The notes under the pieces were generated by a model. That model saw only the letters and a list, made by a program, of their open reading frames with translations. It was not told the DNA's origin and did no database searches. This document shows positions 1 to 8,431 of a stretch of DNA of 64,000 nt, piece after piece. This DNA is from Hyphomicrobiaceae bacterium. GTDB lineage: Bacteria; Pseudomonadota; Alphaproteobacteria; Rhizobiales; Hyphomicrobiaceae. Position numbers and translations under genes: made by a program. The stretch is taken from NCBI GenBank assembly GCA_023384095.1, contig JAHDXT010000007.1, positions 26,676 through 90,675 of the forward strand, given 5' to 3'. Positions within the stretch are counted from its first letter, which is position 1; every line of letters begins with the position of its first letter.

Positions 1-392
1 TCGACGGCTACGACAGCCTGCCGCCCAAGGTCGCCCGGCATTCCAATCCTGCGGCGAAGAAGCGCCAGCTCGGCAAGGAGATGTTCTTTTACGGCGGCAT
101 CGACGTGCAGCAGACGCTGCCCTACGGCAGCGTCGAGGATGTGCGCGCCGAGGTGCGGGCGCGCATCTGGGAGATGGGCCACGGCGGCGGCTACCTGCTC
201 AGCTCGTCACACCGGCTCGAGCACGACGTGCCGGTGGCCAACACCCTGGCGATGATCGACGAGTGCAGATCCTACGGCGTCTATCCGCTGCCCAAGGAGC
301 CGCCCCCTGGCGCCGACAGCGGCGCCGGCTACGAGCCCTGGGATCCGCGCCCCAAGCGCAAGCCCAAGCCGAAGCCGGCCGCCGCGGCCTGA
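1..392 (+). CDS. URO-D-fold (MtaA/CmuA-type) methylcobamide methyltransferase, C-terminal fragment; 5' end lies outside the window
   Basis: Frame 3 is open from the window edge to TGA 390-392. The tail GGIDVQQTLPYGSVEDVRAEV...GGGYLLSSSHRLEHDVPVANTLAMID resembles the C-terminus of uroporphyrinogen-decarboxylase-like MT2 enzymes. A corrinoid-protein gene follows 63 nt later. Confidence 0.6.
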   Translation, partial: DGYDSLPPKVARHSNPAAKKRQLGKEMFFYGGIDVQQTLPYGSVEDVRAEVRARIWEMGHGGGYLLSSSHRLEHDVPVANTLAMIDECRSYGVYPLPKEPPPGADSGAGYEPWDPRPKRKPKPKPAAAA

Positions 393-455
393 TGCACCGA
401 AGCCGACACTCGACATGCAACGCAGTCTACGTGCCATACAAAGAGGCGATCTCGA

Positions 456-1289
456 ATGCCGCTGAAGATCGACACTGAGCAGGAATTCGATATCGAAGAC
501 CTCCAGTACGACATAGACGAAACGCGCAAGACCGATCGCTGGAACGATGCGCCGGCGGAGGTCAAGGAGTTGTTCCACACTTTGGAGTGGAACATCATCG
601 ACGGCGAGCATCACGAGACCATTACTTTCATCAACGGCTGCCTGGAGAAGGGCGTCTCGCCGCGCACGCTGGTGGCCGGGCCCATGGCCACCGGCATCGC
701 AGAGGTCGGGCGCCGCTTCAAGATGGACGAGTACTTCCTGCCGGAAGTGATGATGTCCGCCAAGTGCATGCACGAGGCGCTGGGTCGCTTGAAGCCGCTG
801 ATCGTCGCCGAGAAGTCGATCGACATCGGCACCGTGGTGGTCGGCACCGTGCAAGGCGATTTGCACGACATCGGCAAGAAGATCGTCGCCATGATGATGG
901 AAGCGGCCGGCTTCACGGTCGTCGACCTTGGCGTCTCTGTGCCGCCGGAGGATTTCATTGCGGCCATCCGCGAGTACAAGCCGAAGATCGTCGGGTTCTC
1001 CGCCCTTCTCACCACCACCATGAACATGCAAGGCGAAACGTTGAAGCTGATCAAGAAGGAGGGCCTGCGCGAGCAGGTCAAGGTGTTCGTCGGCGGAGCT
1101 CCGATCAGCCAGGCCTGGGCCGACAAGATCGGCGCCGACGCCTATGGGGCCGATGCGCTGATCGCCGTCGAGAAGGCCAAGGCCTGTGTCGACCGGCTGC
1201 ACAATCTGTCCGGCGGCGACCCGGCTGTCCACGCCGCCATGCTCGAGATCGATCGCCAACGCGAGGCAGCCAAAGCAGCAGCAGGCTGA
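456..1289 (+). CDS. Methyltransferase cognate corrinoid (B12-binding) protein
   Basis: B12-binding signature DxHxxG (GDLHDIGKK), SxL (SALLTTT) and GG (VFVGGAP), after an N-terminal helical cap domain. 277 aa. Confidence 0.85.
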   Translation: MPLKIDTEQEFDIEDLQYDIDETRKTDRWNDAPAEVKELFHTLEWNIIDGEHHETITFINGCLEKGVSPRTLVAGPMATGIAEVGRRFKMDEYFLPEVMMSAKCMHEALGRLKPLIVAEKSIDIGTVVVGTVQGDLHDIGKKIVAMMMEAAGFTVVDLGVSVPPEDFIAAIREYKPKIVGFSALLTTTMNMQGETLKLIKKEGLREQVKVFVGGAPISQAWADKIGADAYGADALIAVEKAKACVDRLHNLSGGDPAVHAAMLEIDRQREAAKAAAG

Positions 1290-1291
1290 AC

Positions 1292-2425
1292 ATGGCGGAA
1301 GCGGCCATCCCGGAAGCACCCGAAGCGCAGCGGGAAGTCAGGTTGCCCCTGGCGCTCGCCGGGCTTCTTCTCGTGTTGGGCATGCTGGGCGTGATCGGCC
1401 CGGCGTGGGGCTATGGCCTGTTCCTGGTCGCCACCTTGCTGCTGATCTCAGGCGGCATTCTATTGTCGATATTCCTGCTCAGTCGCGCCTTCGACTCCGA
1501 CCGCCTGCAGAACGGCTTCGCCGCCGCCTTCACTGCCGGAGCCTGGACCTACGTGCTGGCCGTGTCGGCGCTGGCCGGGTTCTTCGTGCATGAAACCATC
1601 GAGCAGCGCATGGAGCTGAAATGGGTGATCTTCGGGCCGGCCGCCCTGATCGCCATAGTGGTCCTGGACTGGGGCCTCTATCGCGTTCTGGTGCAAACGA
1701 ACAAGCCGACGTGGCAGCGCTACCGCCACGTCATTTCACGCGACCGGCTCGAGCCTGCCGCGCTTCGTACCACCTTCATCGACGAGGTCGTCTTACACCG
1801 TAGCCTGATGCGCGTCAGCAGCTTCCGCTGGCTCCGCCACCAGTTGATTTTGTGGGGTTTCGCGACGATGTTCGTCGTCGAGGTGCTGGCGGTTTTCCTG
1901 CGCGAGGCGGTGCCGGCATTCGGCCTGCCCGATGTCTGGCGCACGCCGGGCCACCCGTTGCGCCTCGCGTTCGATTTCGCCTTCGACTTCACGGGCCTCA
2001 TGATCCTGGTCGGCTGTGCTCTGGCTCTGGTGTTTCGCCTGCGGGCGCATGGCACGCCGGAGCAGAAATTCACCGATACCCCTTCCGCGGTGTTCCTGCT
2101 GCTGGTCGTGGTGACGGGCTTTGTGGTGGAAGGCATGCGTATCGCCGGCTCTCCGGACGATCCCTATGGCGCAGCGTCGCCAATAGGTCAGCTGTTCGCC
2201 TCCACCCTTGGCGACCCCACGAACGGCTCCAGGGTCGCGACGGACGCTATTTGGCTCTTCCACGCGCTTGCCGCCTGTGCTTTCATCGCCTATGTGCCGC
2301 TCAAGCGCTTGGTGCATTCGTGTGCCACGCCGCTCGGTCGCCTGATGAGCTCGCAAAGGTCCATGCTCGCGGCCAAAAAGGACCACGCGCTGCGCGGCCT
2401 GCTTTCCAGGCGCAGCGACGTCTAG
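1292..2425 (+). CDS. Polytopic membrane protein with NarI/HdrE/DsrM-like (cytochrome b type) C-terminal half
   Basis: ATG at 1292 lies 2 nt after the corrinoid gene stop, in frame within ORF 587..2425. About 8 hydrophobic helices. Motifs WLRHQLILWGF and WLFHALAACAFIAYVPLKRLVHSCATP resemble NarI-like haem-b membrane subunits. The family call is from memory only. Confidence 0.55.
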   Translation: MAEAAIPEAPEAQREVRLPLALAGLLLVLGMLGVIGPAWGYGLFLVATLLLISGGILLSIFLLSRAFDSDRLQNGFAAAFTAGAWTYVLAVSALAGFFVHETIEQRMELKWVIFGPAALIAIVVLDWGLYRVLVQTNKPTWQRYRHVISRDRLEPAALRTTFIDEVVLHRSLMRVSSFRWLRHQLILWGFATMFVVEVLAVFLREAVPAFGLPDVWRTPGHPLRLAFDFAFDFTGLMILVGCALALVFRLRAHGTPEQKFTDTPSAVFLLLVVVTGFVVEGMRIAGSPDDPYGAASPIGQLFASTLGDPTNGSRVATDAIWLFHALAACAFIAYVPLKRLVHSCATPLGRLMSSQRSMLAAKKDHALRGLLSRRSDV

Positions 2426-2529
2426 CCATTCACCCGGTCATGCACGTTGGCCTGCCGTGACGGGACTGCCCCTCCCTTCGATCGGGCGGCGTGCGAGCAT
2501 TGTGCAATGCAATACTTGGAGGAGATCGC

Positions 2530-2799
2530 ATGACGGACGGCCGACCCGCACTCAACAAGGCGGACTCCAAGGGCGTCGCGCCCGGCCCGGCAACCGGCGT
2601 CGTAAAATCCTACAATGCCAAACGAGCGCCGTTCGGCGGGTTCATAACGCATGACGGCACCGGTATCGACATTTTCGTCCATAAATCGGTAGTGGAACAG
2701 TCGAAGCTTGCTAAGATCGACCCCGGACAGAAGGTTGCTTTCGACATCGTCGAGGACGGATTTGGAGGTTTCAAGGCGGCTCGCCTTGCCATCGCGTGA
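2530..2799 (+). CDS. Cold-shock domain protein (CspA family)
   Basis: GVVKSYNAKRAPFGGFITHDGTGIDIFVHKSVV is a typical CSD core. GGAGGAG lies 6 nt upstream of ATG 2530. The longer ORF start at 2491 is less likely. Confidence 0.85.
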   Translation: MTDGRPALNKADSKGVAPGPATGVVKSYNAKRAPFGGFITHDGTGIDIFVHKSVVEQSKLAKIDPGQKVAFDIVEDGFGGFKAARLAIA

Positions 2800-2802
2800 C
2801 GC

Positions 2803-3870
2803 ATGCGAACACCTGGTTTGACCATTGTGCCAATGAAGCGCTCGAAATTGGAAGCCTCGGCAGCTACGGCGACCATCACCCTGCCGCCGCCGAGGGCCGG
2901 CCACCCGCCGAGCCGGCACCCGAAGAAGTCGCCCAGCGAATCGACGATCGATTGGAAGCGGCTGCACACCTTCCTGTCGGTCGCCGAGCGCAAGAGCTTC
3001 ACCAGCGCCGGCCGCTGCCTCAACCTGAGCCAGTCTGCGGTCAGCCGCCAGATCTCCATCCTCGAGAAGGAGCTGCAGACCCCGTTGTTCCTGCGCACCT
3101 CGCAGGGCCTCGTGCTCACCGAGGCGGGGGATGATTTCTTCGCCACCGTGCGGGCCATGGCCAACAAGCTCTCGATGGGCGTGGCCCGCATCAACGAGTG
3201 GCGCGAGAAGCCTGAAGGCCCGTTGCGCATCACCACCTCGCTGGCCTTCGGATCGGGCTGGCTGACGGCGCGCATCAACACGTTCCACCAGGTTTATCCC
3301 GGTATCTCTCTATCCTTGCTGCTGGTCGACGACCTCGAGCTGGATCTGCTGCTGCGCGAGGCCGATTGCGCGCTGCGCTTTGCGCGGCAAAAGCATCCAA
3401 GCCTCATCCAGCGCATGCTGATGAAGGTCAGGTACCACGTATTCGCCTCGCAAGAGTATCTCGACCGGCGGGGCACGCCGCGAACGGCCCACGATCTCGA
3501 TCTGCATGACATCATCGTCTACGGCGACGACGTTCCTGCCCCGATCACCGACATGAACTGGCTGTTGACGGTCGACGCCCCCCCGCGCGAGCCGCGCACG
3601 CCCACATTGCGCGTCAACAGCGTGTACGGGATCTACCGCGCCGTCGAAAGCGGGCTCGGCATCGCCGCGCTGCCTTACTACGTCACCGAGGAGGCTCCGG
3701 ATCTGGTCGAAATACTGCCCGAGCTGCGCGGTCCTTCGTTCGAGGTGTTCTTCGTCTACCCTGAAGAGCTCAAGCATTCGAAACGCATCCAGGCGCTGCG
3801 CGATTTCCTGGTCGACGAGTCGCGCCTTGACAAGAGCAGTGGCAAGTCCGACGACCGCGCCAATCCGTAG
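2803..3870 (+). CDS. LysR-family transcriptional regulator
   Basis: HTH segment WKRLHTFLSVAERKSFTSAGRCLNLSQSAVSRQISILEKEL plus a LysR substrate-binding domain. The roughly 50-aa N-terminal extension makes the start uncertain (alternative ATG 2833). Confidence 0.85.
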   Translation: MRTPGLTIVPMKRSKLEASAATATITLPPPRAGHPPSRHPKKSPSESTIDWKRLHTFLSVAERKSFTSAGRCLNLSQSAVSRQISILEKELQTPLFLRTSQGLVLTEAGDDFFATVRAMANKLSMGVARINEWREKPEGPLRITTSLAFGSGWLTARINTFHQVYPGISLSLLLVDDLELDLLLREADCALRFARQKHPSLIQRMLMKVRYHVFASQEYLDRRGTPRTAHDLDLHDIIVYGDDVPAPITDMNWLLTVDAPPREPRTPTLRVNSVYGIYRAVESGLGIAALPYYVTEEAPDLVEILPELRGPSFEVFFVYPEELKHSKRIQALRDFLVDESRLDKSSGKSDDRANP

Positions 3871-3981
3871 GCAGGGGGCATGCGCCTCGCGCATGCAACT
3901 CGCCCTTGCCGAGGTCCCTCCGGCGCGTGACCATCGCTTCCAAGTCCATCAGGCCCTGTCAATTGCCGAACGAGCGCACGC

Positions 3982-4272
3982 TTGGACGATCCCACTCCCA
4001 AATCGGCGCGGCTCAGGCTGCCGGTCGCGCCGCAAGTCGGGCCCTATGTCGTCCAGGTGACGGAAGGGGCGCGCTATCGCTGGTGCTCGTGCGGGCTGTC
4101 CAGGACGCAACCCTGGTGCGACGAGGCGCATGTCGGCACCGGCTTCGAACCCATCGAGTTCGAGGCGCCGGTCTCCGGCGAGTTTCACATGTGCGGCTGC
4201 AAACGCTCCGACAACAAGCCCTACTGCTTTGGCAATTGCCGAGGTCATCACCGCGTGCTGAAAGTGGAATAG
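3982..4272 (+). CDS. CDGSH-type iron-sulfur domain protein
   Basis: Two CDGSH-like cluster motifs: WCSCGLSRTQPWCDEAH and CGCKRSDNKPYCFGNC. Confidence 0.85.
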   Translation: MDDPTPKSARLRLPVAPQVGPYVVQVTEGARYRWCSCGLSRTQPWCDEAHVGTGFEPIEFEAPVSGEFHMCGCKRSDNKPYCFGNCRGHHRVLKVE

Positions 4273-4274
4273 CC

Positions 4275-4610
4275 ATGTCGACAGCGCCCGTTTGCTACCG
4301 CGTGGTGGTGCGCAGCAATCTCGTCGTCAGCGTCGATCCGCTCGGCGTGGCGCCAGACGTGGACATTGCGGCGACGCCGCTGGAGGTGTCCAGCCTGCTC
4401 GCCCGCAATCATCAGTCGCGTGGCTGCCTCGATGGCGTCTATTTCGTGCCGGATGCCGAGATGGCCCGCCAGGTCGCCGCCCTGAGCCTCGATTTCATGG
4501 CCAAGCTGGTCGAGAAATCCATCGCTTCCCTGAATGCGGCCACGCTGCACCCCGATGGCTGGCGGAACCCTCTCGCGGGGCATGGGCAGGAGCCGGCCTC
4601 ATCGGAGTGA
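4275..4610 (+). CDS. Hypothetical protein (111 aa), co-transcribed with the CDGSH gene
   Basis: ATG 4275 lies 2 nt after the CDGSH stop, in frame inside ORF 3906..4610. No family recognised. Confidence 0.5.
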   Translation: MSTAPVCYRVVVRSNLVVSVDPLGVAPDVDIAATPLEVSSLLARNHQSRGCLDGVYFVPDAEMARQVAALSLDFMAKLVEKSIASLNAATLHPDGWRNPLAGHGQEPASSE

Positions 4611-4662
4611 ACCCTGGCCCGGCGCTGCGGTACGGAACACGCGCTCGCGCCGGCGCGCCGGT

Positions 4663-5883
4663 TCATGGCGAAGCGTCGCGAGACGCTCGCAGCATCAGCA
4701 GGCAAGCCAGCGCTGCCATCATCAGCGCCGCCGACAGGGCGATCGCCAGCAGCGGAGAGGTGTCCAGCACCAGGCCGAACAGGAATGGCGACGTCGCCTG
4801 CGTCAGACGCGCCGGCGCTCCCAGAAGCCCTTGCCGCAGTCCGTAGGCGGTGCTGCCGAACAACGCCAGCGGCAGCGTTCCACGCACAATGGTGAGCAGG
4901 CCATTGCCGGCGCCGTGCAGCAAAGCGAAAACCGCCGCCGCCGGCGCGCCGGCCAGCGCAAGGATGACGCCGCCGACCGGATGCATCGAGACCGCGATGC
5001 GCGCAGAAATGAGCGGGTGCACGTTGCGAAACAGGCTGAACTCGACCAGCCGTGCCGCCACCTGGGCTGGCCCGATAAGGGCTCCGGCAGCGATCGCCAT
5101 GGTGGCCGTGGCCCCCATCTCCTGCAGCAGGCGCGGCAAATGGGTGGCCATGGCTCCGGTGACGAACCAGGCCGCGGAAAACATTACCGCCAGCAGCAAG
5201 ATCGAACGTCGTGTGTCGCTGTCGCCGGCAGCGTCGTCGTCCGCGGCGGTCTTGCCGAGCGCTACGCTGGCAGCCGCGGGCTTCGGCAGCAGGAAGACGT
5301 TGAGTGGCAGGCACACTACCACGTGCACGCCCGCCCAGAGCAGGCAGACCATGCGCCAGCCGTATTCGGCCTCGACCGCCGCGCTGATCGGCCAGCCGAT
5401 CGTGCTGGCAAAGCCGCCGAGCAACGTGATGCCCGTGATCGGCCCGCGTGCGCCACGCCCGTAGATGCCGGCCAGCGCCGCGAATGCAGCATCGTACATG
5501 CCCATCGCCATGCCGATGCCGATCACCAGCCAGGCCGCCGCCAGGGAAACGATGCCTTGCGACATGGCCAGCAGAACCAGGCCCGTCGCCACGATACCGT
5601 TCGACAGGGCCAGCATGATGCGCCCGCCACGGCGATCGATCTCGCGGCCGACCAGCGGGCCGGCCGCCCCCATGACCAGCAGCGCCGCCGTGAAGGCACC
5701 GAACAGCCAGGAGTTCGGAAGGCCGAGATCGCGGGCCATCGGGACGGCCAGGATGGCCGGCAGATAGTAGGTCGAAGCCCAGATCAGGGTCTGCGTCGTC
5801 CCAAGGGCCAGAACCACGCGCAGGGTGCCGGCAGGCGCATCAGAACCGCTCAAAGGCAACCTCGCGGTACACACGACATCCAT
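4663..5883 (-). CDS. MFS transporter
   Basis: 406 aa with a 12-helix-like hydrophobic pattern. GREIDRRGGR-type loop between TM2 and TM3. Starts 28 nt downstream of the homocysteine methyltransferase gene. Confidence 0.8.
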   Translation of the reverse strand: MDVVCTARLPLSGSDAPAGTLRVVLALGTTQTLIWASTYYLPAILAVPMARDLGLPNSWLFGAFTAALLVMGAAGPLVGREIDRRGGRIMLALSNGIVATGLVLLAMSQGIVSLAAAWLVIGIGMAMGMYDAAFAALAGIYGRGARGPITGITLLGGFASTIGWPISAAVEAEYGWRMVCLLWAGVHVVVCLPLNVFLLPKPAAASVALGKTAADDDAAGDSDTRRSILLLAVMFSAAWFVTGAMATHLPRLLQEMGATATMAIAAGALIGPAQVAARLVEFSLFRNVHPLISARIAVSMHPVGGVILALAGAPAAAVFALLHGAGNGLLTIVRGTLPLALFGSTAYGLRQGLLGAPARLTQATSPFLFGLVLDTSPLLAIALSAALMMAALACLLMLRASRDASP

Positions 5884-5911
5884 GAATCACGCGCAAAGCG
5901 GTTGTTACCGG

Positions 5912-6937
5912 TTACGAGCCGGCCACCTCCCGCTGCCTGCGCGGCCTTCGCGTCGGCCCGCCCCCTTCGACCAGACTGCGCGTGCTGCCGGTCAAGGGTC
6001 CGATGCGTGTCGTGATCTCATCGAGCGTCGGGCTCGGGCCTCTGGGCGTGCTCTCCAATGCCGCGCGCATGGCCTGAACGTGCGCCGCCGTCGTGCCGCA
6101 GCAGCCGCCGATGATGCGCGCTCCGGAGTCGCGGGCCATTCTGGCGTACTCGGCCATCAGCTCCGGCGTGCCCGTATAGCAAACCTTGCCGTCGATCAGC
6201 TCGGGCAGCCCGCAATTGGCCTTCACGACAAACACGTCTGCCGGCGTCAATTGATCCTTGATGGACAGCAGGCCCGCAAGGAGGTCGGGCGCCCCGGTGC
6301 CGCAATTGCCGCCATACGCCACCAGTGCCGGAGTCAGGCCGCGTGCGAGCTCGAGAAAATCACGTGGCGTCTGGCCCATCATAGTGCGGCCGCTGGTGTC
6401 GAAGCTCATCGTCACCACTGCCGGGAGGTCATGCAGGGCGGCGGCTTCGACCGCGGCCCGCAACTCCACCTCGGAAAACATGGTCTCGATCCAGACCACG
6501 TCGACGCCGCCGTCTTTCAACCCGCGGACCTGCTCGGAGAAGGCGGCGACGCCCTGCTCATGCGAGAGCTCGCCGAGGGGCCGGAACAGCTCGCCCAGCG
6601 GGCCAACCGACCCGGCATTGACCACCACTCGCCCGGACCGGCGGATTTCATCGGCGAGGAGGTTGGCGGCGCGCGCATTGATCTCGTGGACGCGATCCTG
6701 CGCCTTGTGAAGCTTCAGCCGATTGGCCGTGCCGCCGAAGGTGTTGGTCAGGACGATATCGCTGCCGGCCTCCACGAACTCCCGGTAATGCCGGCGGATC
6801 TTGTCGGCCTGCTCGACATTCCAGAATTCCGGCGGGTAGCCCTGCGAGAGTCCCATCCCGAACAGGTTGGTGCCCGTGGCGCCATCCGTGATCAGGCACT
6901 CCCGCTCCGACAGCAGTGTCGTGAGCAGATCAGCCAT
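5912..6937 (-). CDS. Homocysteine S-methyltransferase family protein (betaine/methyl-donor--homocysteine methyltransferase-like)
   Basis: ITDGATGTNLF, VLTNTFG, and the zinc-site region GGNCG...GGCCGTT are typical of the Hcy-binding S-methyltransferase domain. Start chosen at MADLLTT (6937); the ORF extends to 6958. Confidence 0.8.
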   Translation of the reverse strand: MADLLTTLLSERECLITDGATGTNLFGMGLSQGYPPEFWNVEQADKIRRHYREFVEAGSDIVLTNTFGGTANRLKLHKAQDRVHEINARAANLLADEIRRSGRVVVNAGSVGPLGELFRPLGELSHEQGVAAFSEQVRGLKDGGVDVVWIETMFSEVELRAAVEAAALHDLPAVVTMSFDTSGRTMMGQTPRDFLELARGLTPALVAYGGNCGTGAPDLLAGLLSIKDQLTPADVFVVKANCGLPELIDGKVCYTGTPELMAEYARMARDSGARIIGGCCGTTAAHVQAMRAALESTPRGPSPTLDEITTRIGPLTGSTRSLVEGGGPTRRPRRQREVAGS

Positions 6938-7122
6938 GTGTTTCGGGATCCTATGCAACGCTCGGCGGGCCAGACGTTATGTGCCGCGCCCCTGTCGGTC
7001 AATCATCCTTGGGAGGCATCCCGCCAACCGTTGCATGTTCCCCACGCGCTGATTGCATAGGTCACAACCATGCGTCGGCCCATATGGTGGGAAGTTCGAT
7101 TCCACGGCAGGCAGTCGACGTG

Positions 7123-8391
7123 ATGGGTGGAGAATTCTCGAGCCTGGTCAGACCCGTGACCGCGCTGCTGCTGGGCGCGGCCATCCTGCTGATGGGCAAT
7201 GGCTTGACGGTCGCCCTGCTGCCGCTGCGCGCCGATGCGGAGCATTTCACGCAGCTCGAGATCGGCATCCTCGGCTCCGCCTACTTCGCCGGCCTGATGA
7301 TCGGGTGCCTGATCGGTCCGGCGGTGATGGCGCGTGTCGGGCACATTCGCAGCTTCACGGCCTTTGCCGCTGTGGCCTCGCTGGCGCCGCTCCTGCACGC
7401 CATGTTCCCGCTGCCTCCCATGTGGTGGCTGCTGCGCGCCCTGACCGGCATTTGCTTCGCAGTGCTGTTCATGGTGATCGAAAGCTGGCTCAATGCCGTG
7501 TCGAGTGCAGAGACGCGCGGCCGCGTGCTCGCCGTCTACACCATCATCAATCTCACCGTCGTATCGCTCGGCATCCAGCTCATTCAATTGGGTGACCCGC
7601 GCAGCTTCGAGCTCTTCTCGCTGATCGCCATTCTGTTTTCTCTGGCGGCCGTGCCGGTCGCCCTGCAAACCTCGATCGCGCCGGATTTGCCCGGGCGTGC
7701 CAAGCTGCGCCTCGCCTGGCTGATGAGCATTTCGCCCGCGGCTGTGCTCGGCTGTTTCATCGCCGGTCTGACCAATGGCGCCTTTTGGGCCTATGCTCCT
7801 ATCTACGCTCTGCGCAGCGGCATGCCGGTTCCCGACGTCGGTCACTTTCTGGCGCTGGTGGTGCTGGGCGGCGCCATCACGCAGTGGCCGATCGGATATC
7901 TCTCCGACACCATCAACCGCCGGACCGTGCTCGCCATGGTAGCGACGGTGGCTGCCGCGTGCGGTGTCGGGCTTTATTTCGCCCGTTTCGGCCCGCCTTC
8001 GCTGATTTTCGCACTCGGCGCCGGTTACGGCTCGATGGCTTATCCCCTGCACGCCGTGTGCGTCGCGCATGCCAACGATCTCGTACACCGGAAACGCGCT
8101 GTCGAAGTGTCGAGCGGCTTGCTCCTGACCTTCGCGTCGGGCGCTATCCTCGGCCCGTTTCTCGCTGCCTTCGCCGTCGAGGCGGGCGGCCATGGCGCGC
8201 TCTTCCTGCAGTCCGCCGCCGCGCACGGTTTCATCACCTTGGTGATGGTGCTGCGACTGGTGGTGCGGCCCAGGCCGCGCAGCAGGCGCAGCGGCGAGTT
8301 CGTCGCCACACCTCAGACCACGCCGGCGGTGTTCGACCTCGATCCTCGTGGCGGGCCGAAGCCGGCCTCGCCGTCCAAAGCAGCCTCATAG
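7123..8391 (+). CDS. MFS transporter
   Basis: Hydrophobic 12-TM pattern. LLMGNGLTVALLPLRA...GILGSAYFAGLMIGCL. Start uncertain (ATG 7084 or 7123; the ORF opens at 6979). Confidence 0.75.
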   Translation: MGGEFSSLVRPVTALLLGAAILLMGNGLTVALLPLRADAEHFTQLEIGILGSAYFAGLMIGCLIGPAVMARVGHIRSFTAFAAVASLAPLLHAMFPLPPMWWLLRALTGICFAVLFMVIESWLNAVSSAETRGRVLAVYTIINLTVVSLGIQLIQLGDPRSFELFSLIAILFSLAAVPVALQTSIAPDLPGRAKLRLAWLMSISPAAVLGCFIAGLTNGAFWAYAPIYALRSGMPVPDVGHFLALVVLGGAITQWPIGYLSDTINRRTVLAMVATVAAACGVGLYFARFGPPSLIFALGAGYGSMAYPLHAVCVAHANDLVHRKRAVEVSSGLLLTFASGAILGPFLAAFAVEAGGHGALFLQSAAAHGFITLVMVLRLVVRPRPRSRRSGEFVATPQTTPAVFDLDPRGGPKPASPSKAAS

Positions 8392-8431
8392 CTCATCGCA
8401 GCTTGCCGGTCGGTCCGGCCAGCCGGTGCTC

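Noticed and set aside
207-1319. Long antisense ORFs. They include 207-1319 (-), 10257-12818 (+), 17862-20306 (+), 22782-24554 (+), 27484-30132 (+), 35243-37750 (+), 40155-42149 (-), 47591-49780 (-), 59891-61318 (+) and 25601-27016 (+).
   Set aside because: Their translations are Arg/Ala/Gly/Pro/Asp-rich low-complexity sequence without any domain signature. Each is fully covered by a gene with clear family motifs on the opposite strand. These are typical shadow ORFs of high-GC DNA.
6953-7058. SAM-II or another methionine-related riboswitch in the leader of the homocysteine methyltransferase gene.
   Set aside because: No SAM-II-like pseudoknot consensus is recognisable. Only a short inverted repeat is present, and it is reported as a possible operator under the methyl-module finding.
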